This document shows, one piece after another, positions 26,076 to 36,562 of a stretch of 64,000 nt of DNA. The stretch lies in the IMG/VR virus record IMGVR_UViG_3300029267_003532, positions 15,956 through 79,955 of that record. The stretch is one strand, 5' to 3'. Numbering within the stretch: the stretch's first letter is position 1; every line of letters starts with the position of its first letter. The notes beneath the pieces were generated by a model that was not told where the DNA came from, ran no database searches, and saw nothing but the letters and a program-made list of their open reading frames with translations. The position numbers and the translations under genes are program-made. The DNA is from a virus.

Positions 26076-27313
26076 GATGCCTCCAGCACAGCTACGCGCT
26101 CAGCCAACATTCGCACTTGCTCAAATTGGTCATTCATACTCGCAAGCAACTTCTTTTGACGCGCGCCAATCTGGCGAAACGCGCCCAGCATCAGTGCCTG
26201 CAAGCCTTTTCGACGCAAATACACGTCATCCCCAGGCGTGACGATCTTCATCGTAGCCAGTCTACTGTGATCGTACTTCACGATCCGGTCTTGCTGGCCA
26301 GCCATTAGATGGTACAGATCGTCGAGCGCCTGTACATCATCTTCCTCGTCGAATGTCTCTAGAGCCCCTCTATATTTCAGGTCTCCGTCTTCGTCAATGA
26401 TCAGGCAATTCTGCCACGACCCACTGACGCGCGCGAAAAAACCAAAGCAATTTCCGTCTACACGGACGTTAGCCCAGTCCGTACCAGACAACTGCCCGGC
26501 GTAGAATTCCATGATACTACGCGCCGTCGTGTTGGATCCCACCTCGACGTTAGCAGCCAGGCCTGCGCGTAGCACCAAGGCCGCGCCCTCCTCACCGCTG
26601 GCCACGCTGCTATCTTTGAGGCCTGTGATCTGCAACCCGCCGGCTCCACTTTCATTCAGCCCCATCTCACCATACACACTAGAGAGATCAATAACATCCG
26701 TTGCGCCGTGTGCAACACTGTCATCCATAAACCACTGGTTGCCATCTATCGTAAAGCGAATCATCTCGATTGCGTCAAGAAACGTTTTGCCTCCACGAAA
26801 GATAGAGAGATAAGGGTTAGTGCCCAGATCTTCAACCTCATTGTTTGCGTCAATGAAGAATCCGATACTGTGATCCGCGGCAATGCCGCCGCGGTCGTTG
26901 CAGTACAGATCCGGTGAAATATGGTAGGATCCGCCAGATCGGGTGAGCCAGCGCTTGGCCACGCCAGCCTGGTCATAGATGGCTACAGATTCAAGGTCAA
27001 TGGTCATCGCTACAACACCGCCAACCTTGATCACAACGCGATCATCATCGCTTGCGTAGATCGTGGTATCGCCGTTTTCATCCAGAATGATTCCATCAGT
27101 CGCGCCGGCCAAATTGAGCTTGATATAGCCTTTGGAGACTAAAAGGTAGGCCTGACCTGTATCATCCAGGTCTGCGCCGGCAGCAAGCCCCCACTCATCA
27201 GATGTCAAACCCAACAATCCGTTGAGATTTCCAATTCGCACGTGCGGTGTCAGATCGTCCCCTTCCCACGGCTCGTCACCGATTGTACAAATCTCGAAAG
27301 CTCGATCAGTCAT
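26072..27313 (-). CDS. Tail fibre/spike-like protein with C-terminal coiled coil
   Basis: Beta-rich; ends ...LAERVAVLEAS. Confidence 0.6.
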   Translation of the reverse strand: MTDRAFEICTIGDEPWEGDDLTPHVRIGNLNGLLGLTSDEWGLAAGADLDDTGQAYLLVSKGYIKLNLAGATDGIILDENGDTTIYASDDDRVVIKVGGVVAMTIDLESVAIYDQAGVAKRWLTRSGGSYHISPDLYCNDRGGIAADHSIGFFIDANNEVEDLGTNPYLSIFRGGKTFLDAIEMIRFTIDGNQWFMDDSVAHGATDVIDLSSVYGEMGLNESGAGGLQITGLKDSSVASGEEGAALVLRAGLAANVEVGSNTTARSIMEFYAGQLSGTDWANVRVDGNCFGFFARVSGSWQNCLIIDEDGDLKYRGALETFDEEDDVQALDDLYHLMAGQQDRIVKYDHSRLATMKIVTPGDDVYLRRKGLQALMLGAFRQIGARQKKLLASMNDQFEQVRMLAERVAVLEAS

Positions 27314-28385
27314 CGTCGCCTACCAATCGCACCAGCCCAGCCCCAGAGGGGCCAAACACAGTCGCCGTGACGCCCTCGGGAAGCGTAGCGGAATCTCCAG
27401 ACTTGCGCTCTACGCTGTACTCATAGTAAGCGTACTCGGACCCCGGATTCGTGACACTCAGGATCTCTACCCAAATCTCGGTGACATCCGCACCATTGTG
27501 ACATGTCAACAGCAGCCGATCGCCGACACTGGCACAAGGCGCGTGACCAGCAGGGCCGTCGTACAGCTTGATAGTCGTAGGAGGCAGCGTCGTGGTCGTA
27601 TCTGTTGTCGTTGTTGTGTCCGTAGTCGTGGTCGTGGTCGACGTCGACGTCGACGACACAGTGATCGTCGATGTCGACCCAGAGCCGGTCTGTGTCGTCG
27701 TCGACGCACCGGTTGTGGTCGTGCCACCGGTCGTAGTCGTCGAAGTAGTTGTTGAGTTTGGCCCGATTTGCGTGCTATCATCCCGGATGACCAATTCATC
27801 CAGGTAGAGATCACCATACGTGGTTGTTTCAGAATACAGGCATCCGATTCGACACAATGTCGTGTTGTCGAACCGGGTGTCATTGTCCAACGAGCTGTGG
27901 GTCGCCTGCAAGGAGCCATCTATCCAGAGCTTGTTCTCGCCGGTTCCCGCACCACGCGATATGTGGATCTCAATATAGTGCTCCGCGTCCGTGACAGCAA
28001 CGTATGTGCCAACCGAGCCGCCGTCGTCTTCGTACGAAAGCAAACGGACACGAAAGGTTGACCCGTTCCAATTCAAGTTGACTTGAGCCGCGATCTGCGT
28101 TGAATTGGTAAAGACCAGAAACGCGAACTCGTCCCCCGATGACATTGTGAGCGAGTTCGGGTCGATGTAGACACGCGCTCGAACATCGCTTGCACCAGGC
28201 GTAAAAGCCACTTGCCCATAAAGAGAAACCACTGAGCCCGACTGCGGCTGAACCCTCATGCCATATGAAGATTGACCACACGCTGCATTGGCATATGCCT
28301 GGACATAGGATGTCTCGGAAGGTAAGACGGAATCTAATTCCGAGAGATTGCCAGCATCAAAGTCAATGTCTGTGATGATAGACAT
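27306..28385 (-). CDS. Tail protein with lectin-like beta-sandwich and Thr-rich tract
   Basis: HYIEIH...KLWIDG...LYLDELVI ConA-like pattern; ~55-aa poly-Thr linker; start overlaps the upstream stop. Confidence 0.7.
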   Translation of the reverse strand: MSIITDIDFDAGNLSELDSVLPSETSYVQAYANAACGQSSYGMRVQPQSGSVVSLYGQVAFTPGASDVRARVYIDPNSLTMSSGDEFAFLVFTNSTQIAAQVNLNWNGSTFRVRLLSYEDDGGSVGTYVAVTDAEHYIEIHISRGAGTGENKLWIDGSLQATHSSLDNDTRFDNTTLCRIGCLYSETTTYGDLYLDELVIRDDSTQIGPNSTTTSTTTTGGTTTTGASTTTQTGSGSTSTITVSSTSTSTTTTTTDTTTTTDTTTTLPPTTIKLYDGPAGHAPCASVGDRLLLTCHNGADVTEIWVEILSVTNPGSEYAYYEYSVERKSGDSATLPEGVTATVFGPSGAGLVRLVGDDD

Positions 28386-29965
28386 CAGTCTTTCTCCGCA
28401 TAGACCCAGGATATGTTTTCTGTGCCCGGCATCACAGTGAATGAAAAACTGTTCGAGCTTGCAGTTGGCGTCTCGGTCGCTTGAACTGAGTTCGTGTCCC
28501 AGGCGATAACCTTCACAGTCCAAGCGCCATCAGTTACATTACTCACTGTGACCGTCTTCTGTACAGTACTTGTCCACCTAATAGTCATTACCAAGTGATC
28601 GCCGTCGCCGGTGCACAAGAGCTTGTCCATCCCGGTGCTGCTCACATAGTCTGACCAGTCCACTGCACCCAACCAATCTTTCCAGTTGACGAGTGCGGTT
28701 CCGGTCGATGTCGAGCCGCCAATAGAGTAGAAATCTGGGTCGCCTGGATTCCCATTTGTCCACACATTGTGCGAAGATTCAACCAAGCCTGGCCAGCGAC
28801 CTGCCCCTATTCCCCACTTGAGTGTGATGCCCAACCACTCGATCTGTTTTGAGTTTGTATATGGAGCGTATTCAACCCTCAGTGGGGACCCGGTCCCGAG
28901 TATCCAGGGCTCTGGCCAGTATTGATGTATGATCAGCTTTTTGGGCTCGATCTTTTCCCTGCACGCATTCAGATGATCGACAAATTTGCCGAACACTCCG
29001 TGGTAAAGGTTAGTCGCAACCGCGTCAATCGGGTACTCTAAAAACGGCTCCATGATCACATTGGCATAGTGATCTGCAGAGTCCGGCCATGTAAAGTCCG
29101 GGCGCGTTCTCATAACAGACGCGACGATAGGACGGTTGTACATATCCTCGCTGCGAATATGTTGTCCAATTTCAGAGACCCATGGCACGACATAGTCTCG
29201 GATATTGGAGACCATAGTCGCGTTCCATTCAGTCTCTCCCCAGTAATCCTGGTTGAACGTCCAATTCTGTTCGTCCCAGAGCCCCCACATACAGACTGCC
29301 GGGCTACTACCCACCACGCCGATGATGAATGAAATACGATCCTTCATTGCCTGGATCGCATCGCTGCTTGTGTAGATCTCGTATGGCTCAGCCAGAAATC
29401 CTCGATCCTGGGACTCGCAGCGATCGCCGGTTATCAGGTAGTAGTTGTTATAGTTCCACGCATGGTAGCGCCATGCGTTGGCCTTAAAGCTATGAAAGCC
29501 CTCCAGCGCCCACCACACCTTGAGCCCGGATGCCTCGCAGGCATCCAGAAACTGCTTAATGTTGCTATTGTCCCACTTGTCTTGGGAAAAGTTCGCCCCA
29601 CCGAGAGTGCCCGAGACCTGCGCAGCCCGGAACGTTGCCAGATTGGTGTCGTCAAGCGCTGTATCCCACACGTTATAGGTTCCGTGTGGTGGTGGTTCCA
29701 AGCCGTATGTCGGTTCGCCTTGCGGATAGTTGCATCCCGTAGCACGTACGCGCACCAACTTGATACCGGCCGCGACCACCGCGCTGCACCAATCACTGTA
29801 CGTCACGAATGTCCCGCTGTTGAACGGATTCTCTAGTGTATCCGCAGGGAACGGCCCGCCACGAACGTGGTTTGTGCTTTTCTGCAGGATGTCATTCGCA
29901 TTGATGTATCCGCTGTAGCCCGGATAGAGCCCGTAACCCGGGTACTGTTCGACGACGTATACCAC
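28385..29965 (-). CDS. Glycoside hydrolase-like (GH5/clan A fold) virion protein
   Basis: GIKLVRV, WGLWDEQ acid/base-like motif; C-terminal beta domain. Confidence 0.6.
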   Translation of the reverse strand: MVYVVEQYPGYGLYPGYSGYINANDILQKSTNHVRGGPFPADTLENPFNSGTFVTYSDWCSAVVAAGIKLVRVRATGCNYPQGEPTYGLEPPPHGTYNVWDTALDDTNLATFRAAQVSGTLGGANFSQDKWDNSNIKQFLDACEASGLKVWWALEGFHSFKANAWRYHAWNYNNYYLITGDRCESQDRGFLAEPYEIYTSSDAIQAMKDRISFIIGVVGSSPAVCMWGLWDEQNWTFNQDYWGETEWNATMVSNIRDYVVPWVSEIGQHIRSEDMYNRPIVASVMRTRPDFTWPDSADHYANVIMEPFLEYPIDAVATNLYHGVFGKFVDHLNACREKIEPKKLIIHQYWPEPWILGTGSPLRVEYAPYTNSKQIEWLGITLKWGIGAGRWPGLVESSHNVWTNGNPGDPDFYSIGGSTSTGTALVNWKDWLGAVDWSDYVSSTGMDKLLCTGDGDHLVMTIRWTSTVQKTVTVSNVTDGAWTVKVIAWDTNSVQATETPTASSNSFSFTVMPGTENISWVYAEKD

Positions 29966-31878
29966 TAGCTCACCTCAATCTGCTCGTGTAATCGGGGCGG
30001 CTTACGTCGCAATTTCAATCGACGAGGATGCAGCTTGTTGTATCTGTCCAGAAGCCGCTGCGTCTCATTCACATTATGAACACAACCGAAATAGAACGCG
30101 CCTGGGCGCAGATCGCTTTGCCAGTCATCTCTACGCGAGACGCGAAAGTCCCCGGTCCACGTCGTCTCATTCTCTGGGCTGCACCGGACAACCTTTCCGT
30201 CCACCGTGATCGCGGTTCCGTAATGTCGGCACAAACGCCTGGCCTCGGCCCAACGCACCGTCTCGTCGGACGTGCCATCTGGCATCCATAGTAAGATAGA
30301 ATAGGGGTTTGGATAGCCCTTGAGCGGTTTATCCAGCTTGCGCGCGTAGAGCGACTTGTGTGCCAGCTTGATCATCGCCGAGGTCTCTTCAACCTCGCCG
30401 GCACGCACTACGACCGTGAGCCACGGTTCGCCGCGCTGATCGCCAAGGTCGAACTGGGGATAGTCCTGCTGATTCATGATGCAGCGCATCTCGTACACGC
30501 TGCCATACTCCCAGGGAGAGAGCCCCGTCTGTCTCCGGATCCTCGCCCACGAGCCTGCCTTGCGCCTGTACGGATGCACCCCACCGCCGACGTGTTTGCC
30601 CTTATAGAACGGTAGCTTACACCCGCACGTCACGACGTGGATAACCTTGCCTGCCTCCAACCACTTGTACATCATGCGGTTATCGTCCGCGCCCCAACCA
30701 GGTAAGCCGAACGGCCCCTCCTCACAGAAGCGGAATCCGTCGAAAGCATCTTTATAGAATAGCCCGTACCCGGTATGGGACAAGCACCGATTCTGATAGG
30801 CCCGCTCGATCCAGTCCGGCCAGCGCACCCAAGCCTCGTCTTCGTCGATACGCATATCGGGGATCTCAACCCCAATCCCGATCAGGCCTGGGCGGGGGCT
30901 GAGATAGTCGAGCATCTTTTCCACGCCGCCGTGGAGTGGCACCACACCGCCGTCGAGCATCAGTACGTGGCTATACCCGCCGTCACATTCTGCCGCATTC
31001 AATCCGGCATTGCGCCCTGGGCCAGCGCCCGTGTTCTCTCGATGAATCACCGTCAAGCCGCTCTGTTCATTCAGCCAGGCCATTGTGCCGTCGTGGCTGC
31101 CATTGTTGACGATTATGATCTCGTCAACCGGCTCCTTGTCCAGTACGTCGAGCTGACGCTTCAGAACGTCGCAGTTGTCCAACGTCGTGATGACCGCCTT
31201 GACCACATAGCTTTTGGTCAGCAGCGGGGCCTCTGGCCACTGGTAGCCATAGTCAGAGGCAATGTCCTGCAACATCGTGCGCACGCCATCGTCATGAAGC
31301 ATATTCGGATGAAAGACGGTTTGATATTGCGCGTGCTTGTTGTGTTTTCGGTTGAGGTACAGCGCATCACGCGGCTTGACTGTATCCAGCAGGCCCTGCT
31401 TGTGGAGAATCTCAACCAACTCGACCGGATCACGCGCAATATCAAACCGCACGTGCGCCCGGTCCTCGCATGCATACTCAATCATGTGATTCCACACTAC
31501 ATAGCGGTAGGCGTACCGATCGAGAGGGTACTCGTACTCGGCAACCTCGGGGAAACGCTTTTCAAAAAAGTGCCAGTAGATGGGTGAGAGATGTGTCGGC
31601 TCACGTATCCAGCTTTCCATCACCTGCTTGGGGTGACGAATCAGATGGATAACAAATGCCTCAGCCAAGGGCGCCGTGTACAGCCACGGCGCGGCCAGCC
31701 AACTCGATTCGCCTCGCACGCGCAGGCGCACCTTGAGTCGCTCTAGAGAGGCAAGATAGCCCCAGTAGGAGAACACATCCTCGTGCCCTGTCTCAATGCC
31801 GGCAGTGGTCAAGAGCCGGGCGACCATGCCTGTTCCACAGCGGCCTGTTCCTGTCGCTATCACGTCGATCTTACGCAT
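29965..31878 (-). CDS. Sulfotransferase-like plus GT2 glycosyltransferase fusion
   Basis: TGTGRCGT (PAPS loop), HLIRHP; then IIIVNNGSHDGT, GRNAGL, LMLDGG, WGADD. Confidence 0.75.
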   Translation of the reverse strand: MRKIDVIATGTGRCGTGMVARLLTTAGIETGHEDVFSYWGYLASLERLKVRLRVRGESSWLAAPWLYTAPLAEAFVIHLIRHPKQVMESWIREPTHLSPIYWHFFEKRFPEVAEYEYPLDRYAYRYVVWNHMIEYACEDRAHVRFDIARDPVELVEILHKQGLLDTVKPRDALYLNRKHNKHAQYQTVFHPNMLHDDGVRTMLQDIASDYGYQWPEAPLLTKSYVVKAVITTLDNCDVLKRQLDVLDKEPVDEIIIVNNGSHDGTMAWLNEQSGLTVIHRENTGAGPGRNAGLNAAECDGGYSHVLMLDGGVVPLHGGVEKMLDYLSPRPGLIGIGVEIPDMRIDEDEAWVRWPDWIERAYQNRCLSHTGYGLFYKDAFDGFRFCEEGPFGLPGWGADDNRMMYKWLEAGKVIHVVTCGCKLPFYKGKHVGGGVHPYRRKAGSWARIRRQTGLSPWEYGSVYEMRCIMNQQDYPQFDLGDQRGEPWLTVVVRAGEVEETSAMIKLAHKSLYARKLDKPLKGYPNPYSILLWMPDGTSDETVRWAEARRLCRHYGTAITVDGKVVRCSPENETTWTGDFRVSRRDDWQSDLRPGAFYFGCVHNVNETQRLLDRYNKLHPRRLKLRRKPPRLHEQIEVS

Positions 31879-33280
31879 TTGGCGGAGGCTCCTTGGTTGT
31901 CTCATTCGGCCACCATGGACCGGGATGTCCCTCCAATGGATCAAGGTAGAGCAATGGTTCAAACTTGCACCACCCCTGACGCAGGCTCCATTCTTTACGC
32001 ATCTGCGTTCTGGCCCACAGCGCCCGGTTGTGGAGGGTCAACTCGGTGATCAGCCGCTTGCCCTCGATCTTCCACTGCGCGATCTCGCGCTGCCGGTGTT
32101 TCGGCTTCCATTTGCGCTGAATCTCCATTGAGCCAAAATCGAAATAGATCGCATAGTCCTTGAATTTCTCCAAGTGCACGCGCAGGTCAAAGTTCAGGGC
32201 AAGCAAATTTCCGCCCAGCACTGCGGCCTCGATCACTGTAAGCCCACACGTCTCCGAGATGGATGGATGTGCATAGACGTTGGTCAGGTAGAATAGCTCG
32301 CCGACCACGCGTGGGTCGACGCCGGCGACAAAGCGGTCGTCGATCTCGGACGCAAAGTGCAGCCACGAGCGGATATTCAACTTCTCGGCCAAGTCACAGC
32401 AATATCGCTTGTACTCCATAAACTCTTCGCCGAGGCTCTGCCAATCGACGCCGATCAAGCAGCCCGTATAACCAGAATCCTTGACGCCAGCCAGCAACAT
32501 AATGATCTTGTGGATCTGCTTGGAACGCCCCATCCGTGCCGGGTAGATCATCCCGACGTCGGCCTCCAACAGGCCGGTCGCACGCGCGATCTTGAGCGTC
32601 TCTGGTCGAAACTGCCACTTGTGCAGCAGATCCACGGCGTGGGCGGAATCACAGCACACCGAGCGCCAGGGCTCGCCGGCCAGGCGATAGGACCGGTCTA
32701 CGTATGCCTTCTCTGAGTAGTTTGGATAGACAAAGTATCCCGGCGCAGCCAGCCCCCGGCACATCTCTGGGTAGGTCATTGGTGTGACCTGGGTCGGCGT
32801 GGAATGCACCCAGTGCAGCCATACCAGACCCGGCAGCCGCTGGGCCACGCGTCGCATAGCGACGTTGTGTTCGTGGTACACGTCGAGCAGTACAATGTCG
32901 TGCGTGATGCACACGTTCACATCCTGGAGATTCTCATAGAGAACCTCTTCAATCTGGGCGACGCGCTTCTCAAAATCATCAGCTATGCCCTGCACGAGGT
33001 GCAGGGGAGGGATCACCGGACGGAGATCGATTTTGGCCCGGTCCCACACACCCGGGGGGGACGCAGTCTGGAATGGGACCAATGTGTCTGGCCCAGACGT
33101 CTGGCGAACCGGCATACCCTCTTGCACCAGCACACGCACCGGGTTGTAGCCATGCTCCATCAGCATGCGGATTTGGTTGGTCGCAACTGTGACAATGCTG
33201 TAGCCGGTATCCGTCGTATAAAATGTGGTCAGGAGAGCAACTTGTGGCCTTGACTTTCGACGTCTAACTTGTATCTGCAT
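31871..33280 (-). CDS. GT-B (GT4-like) glycosyltransferase
   Basis: YPARMGRSKQ, HPSISETCGLTVIEAA. Confidence 0.8.
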   Translation of the reverse strand: MQIQVRRRKSRPQVALLTTFYTTDTGYSIVTVATNQIRMLMEHGYNPVRVLVQEGMPVRQTSGPDTLVPFQTASPPGVWDRAKIDLRPVIPPLHLVQGIADDFEKRVAQIEEVLYENLQDVNVCITHDIVLLDVYHEHNVAMRRVAQRLPGLVWLHWVHSTPTQVTPMTYPEMCRGLAAPGYFVYPNYSEKAYVDRSYRLAGEPWRSVCCDSAHAVDLLHKWQFRPETLKIARATGLLEADVGMIYPARMGRSKQIHKIIMLLAGVKDSGYTGCLIGVDWQSLGEEFMEYKRYCCDLAEKLNIRSWLHFASEIDDRFVAGVDPRVVGELFYLTNVYAHPSISETCGLTVIEAAVLGGNLLALNFDLRVHLEKFKDYAIYFDFGSMEIQRKWKPKHRQREIAQWKIEGKRLITELTLHNRALWARTQMRKEWSLRQGWCKFEPLLYLDPLEGHPGPWWPNETTKEPPPNA

Positions 33281-33289
33281 ACAATCTTC

Positions 33290-34042
33290 CTAGTTGATCG
33301 TGACCTCTTCGGCCACGCGCGCCGCCGGCGCGATGTAGAGTGTTCCAGCCACAGCATGTGCCAGGCCCGGGGCAAAGTGAACAGAGCGCAGCTCTCCACG
33401 AACAATCGCGTTTTCTAGCTGTGCATGTCCATCGTCGTCCAAGCGCCAGCCCTGCCGCGCATCCACGTGCTCCGAACTACGAATATGACTGCTCCACGCC
33501 ACCAAGCCAACCTCGCCCGTATCCGGCACGCTACTGAATGCAAATCGCCCGCCAGCCTCACTTCGCCCCACCCACGCGCCGTCACTGGCCTGCAGGCCCT
33601 CCGCAAAGCCAATGGTCTTGGTTAGTGTCTTGCCCCATGCGGGCGCATATGGATTGGCTCCGGCAACCTGTATTTCGCCTTCCTCATCCGGACCGGGCGA
33701 CAATTTCCAATCAGAACCATCAGGAGAGGCAATCGTATCATTCTCTCCACTGGGTGAGAGTAGCTCATCCAGATTGACCACTGCAAGGTCTCGCTCGACC
33801 CCGTTCTCGTCGAGTGCGTACAGGTGTCCGTTCTCCAGCGCATAGACTCTGACGCTGCCCACGCGTGGCGTGCTGGGTCGCTCAATCACCGCAAACTGCA
33901 ACAAGTCGCCCAAATCGATCTGCCCATCCACGGCCCCGCCGGCTGTGGACAGCACATACGCAAACATCTGCCTGAGACGCTCAAGCTCAGCTCTCAGATC
34001 AGCGATATTCTGTTCGGCCTGCGAGAGTTGCTGTTTTTGCAT
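33290..34042 (-). CDS. Tail-region hypothetical protein
   Basis: 250 aa; GWRLDDDGHAQLENAIVRG fibre-like segment. Confidence 0.6.
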   Translation of the reverse strand: MQKQQLSQAEQNIADLRAELERLRQMFAYVLSTAGGAVDGQIDLGDLLQFAVIERPSTPRVGSVRVYALENGHLYALDENGVERDLAVVNLDELLSPSGENDTIASPDGSDWKLSPGPDEEGEIQVAGANPYAPAWGKTLTKTIGFAEGLQASDGAWVGRSEAGGRFAFSSVPDTGEVGLVAWSSHIRSSEHVDARQGWRLDDDGHAQLENAIVRGELRSVHFAPGLAHAVAGTLYIAPAARVAEEVTIN

Positions 34043-34045
34043 GAT

Positions 34046-36562
34046 CTACTCATAGAACGGATAGATAGTCCGGAAGAGCGCGTGTGCCTGAATAGACGTC
34101 GAGTCGCCGGGCACATGCTGGTCTTTGATCTCATGTACTTCAAAATGTGAAATGCGCGTACCTTCGTTTGAGACCGAAAGGCCGCATTTACTACCCGTAT
34201 GTGTTGAATCTGTGGTCTCACAAACCAATGTCTCAGGGCGGAACAGGTCCTCCTTGGTCCGGCTGACAAACAGGTACAGATTGCCTCCGTGAGCAATCGC
34301 ACCAATCCAGAACCATTGACGAGAGGGAACCTGATACACAACAGTATCCAAATCTGTAGCAAAACTCGCCGTGTGCTCTTGGATCGTCACAACAGGCTGG
34401 GAAAAGGAAAACAAGTACCCGTCTTCGCTGCCATAGGTCAGATCGCTGGCTCTCAACCAGATGCCAGCATGCATAAATGAGGCATTGTCCACCCATACTT
34501 TGGCCCATGCCATCATATCGGTGAACCCCAACGCCGACGCCCACTCTAGCGGCACAGGAATGACGTCCGCTTGCATTTCGCCAAACTCTTCGACTGAGTA
34601 ATAGTAGGTCTCGCCGCTCTGTGTAGCAATATGCCCTCGCGTGACGGCATCGCCATTCCAAGCTATACCTGTCTCATTGAACTCACCTGCATCATCTGGA
34701 TCCGCCTTACAGGCCCGTAGGTCGTCCAAATAGAGCACATGCTGTGATCCGCTTGTATACGTGCCAATGATTCGCACACTCTGGATGTTGGACCAACTCG
34801 GTGTCTCATGTTCGCTGAAACTAGACAACGTTGCCTTTAGAATCTGCCAGGGACCTGCTTTGATGGTGGGCGAAAACGTGTAGCTGAAATAGGAATCGTC
34901 AGAGCTATACAATCTCAGCTCTACAGACAGCGCTGAGGGTAGAGAATAGTACGCAAGATTGCACGCCAGGGCGATGTAATCTCCTGACTCGAACGCTCCC
35001 AGATTGATCGGCGTGGGTAGCGTACCAACCATATCGCCCGCGCCGCCAGAAAACGTCATTGATTGCGACGCAGCTCCATCCTGACAAATATACTCGTACG
35101 CGTCTGTGTTTGCCGTCGAGCCGATCCACGATTCGTCGCCCTCGAATATGGCAATTTGTTCCCAGAAATGGTCATAGTCTTCAAACGTCTCTTTGATGGT
35201 TGTAGCCTTGTAGCGATGCCACATTACATCAAGCCGATTGTTTTGACCCGGCAAAAACGCCGGCACATTGCCATACGCGGACACGAGATGAGTCATTTTA
35301 TTGCTGCCATCGATGACGTGCAGCACCTCGCTGTCCGAGAGATGTTCGAGCAGCAGCGTTTCGCTGTCTGACACTCCCTCTCCTAAAGGTAGAAACGCCT
35401 CGATCGCGGCTTCATCTGTGTAGAGCAATTTGACGCCATCGATGTCTAGCTTGGACGTACCGCGCTTGCGCTTGACGTACACATCGACGTAGAGATTGAT
35501 GTCCTCCACATCGCTCATCTCGGTGTCAGGCAGATCAAATTCGCCAAGCAGACGCGCCTCCCATTGATGCGTCTGCGACACACGCTTGATAGAGCCATAG
35601 CTAACCTGGGCGCCGTAGGGCCAGCCGTAGCGAATGTCCCAGTCCAACTCACTATGCGCATTGCTGCGCGTGATAACGGCGACTGCCGCGCGCCCCCGGT
35701 GATCGCTCCAATTGGAGAGGGTAAAACGTCGCCCGTACTCGGTCTCATTGTGCTCCGGCACACAGCGCATGTAGCTGCCGCCGCAGCGATCGGCGTCGAC
35801 GACCGTTGACCAGGCACTGGATGTATTGATGTACGCACTGTCAGATGAAGGGTAGGTCGTCGCCAAGTTGTCGAGGCCTTCTGTTCGTCGAGCCAGCCAG
35901 AACCGCTCAATAGAGGCCGCACCTCCAGCGCTTGGCGTGACTTGGTAGCGCATCAGCGCAGGCAGGCTGCCTTTAATGTCGTCGCCGTCGACGGTGACAT
36001 AATCCTGACTACCGTCCCCCACATTGTGCAGCGTGGTCGCGGACAGCACCTCGACCAGGCTGTCCGGGTCACTGGTCGCTATAGGCCACGTGCGCAGCGT
36101 GACGTCCACCTCTAGCCGAAACAATCCGCTGCTGTTCGCGCCACGATCCGGGCGATTCTTGGCGCGCTGCCTCAGCGCCGGCACCGGACTTTGCACGTAA
36201 TGGTAAAACGTCGAGCGCGTCCCCGCCGCCGCCCCTTCCGGTTTGTATTCAAGCGTTCCACCTGCCACATTGCGCACGGCAAGCTGGAACGCTTCCAGCT
36301 TACCCATCATCCCCGCCCACGTCGCGCTGCTGATAATTGCCGTGAACGTCACATCTGCCAGGTTCGATGTCTCGTCGACAGCGACAGGAAACTCGCCCCC
36401 CTCTCCGCCGTAAACGACCTCGATTCGCTTCTCTTCGCTAAAACGCAGCGTTCCAACGTTGACGGTATAGCCCTCGCTCGCGCCGGTCTGCAAGGACAGA
36501 TCAAACGTGATGTCGTCGCGCCCGTCTGGGTGGAGGATCAGGGTTGTATTGCTTCCACTCAC
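34046..36562 (-). CDS. Distal-tail-like protein with carbohydrate-binding insertions
   Basis: 838 aa near the tape measure gene; multiple beta-sandwich segments. Confidence 0.6.
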   Translation of the reverse strand: MSGSNTTLILHPDGRDDITFDLSLQTGASEGYTVNVGTLRFSEEKRIEVVYGGEGGEFPVAVDETSNLADVTFTAIISSATWAGMMGKLEAFQLAVRNVAGGTLEYKPEGAAAGTRSTFYHYVQSPVPALRQRAKNRPDRGANSSGLFRLEVDVTLRTWPIATSDPDSLVEVLSATTLHNVGDGSQDYVTVDGDDIKGSLPALMRYQVTPSAGGAASIERFWLARRTEGLDNLATTYPSSDSAYINTSSAWSTVVDADRCGGSYMRCVPEHNETEYGRRFTLSNWSDHRGRAAVAVITRSNAHSELDWDIRYGWPYGAQVSYGSIKRVSQTHQWEARLLGEFDLPDTEMSDVEDINLYVDVYVKRKRGTSKLDIDGVKLLYTDEAAIEAFLPLGEGVSDSETLLLEHLSDSEVLHVIDGSNKMTHLVSAYGNVPAFLPGQNNRLDVMWHRYKATTIKETFEDYDHFWEQIAIFEGDESWIGSTANTDAYEYICQDGAASQSMTFSGGAGDMVGTLPTPINLGAFESGDYIALACNLAYYSLPSALSVELRLYSSDDSYFSYTFSPTIKAGPWQILKATLSSFSEHETPSWSNIQSVRIIGTYTSGSQHVLYLDDLRACKADPDDAGEFNETGIAWNGDAVTRGHIATQSGETYYYSVEEFGEMQADVIPVPLEWASALGFTDMMAWAKVWVDNASFMHAGIWLRASDLTYGSEDGYLFSFSQPVVTIQEHTASFATDLDTVVYQVPSRQWFWIGAIAHGGNLYLFVSRTKEDLFRPETLVCETTDSTHTGSKCGLSVSNEGTRISHFEVHEIKDQHVPGDSTSIQAHALFRTIYPFYE

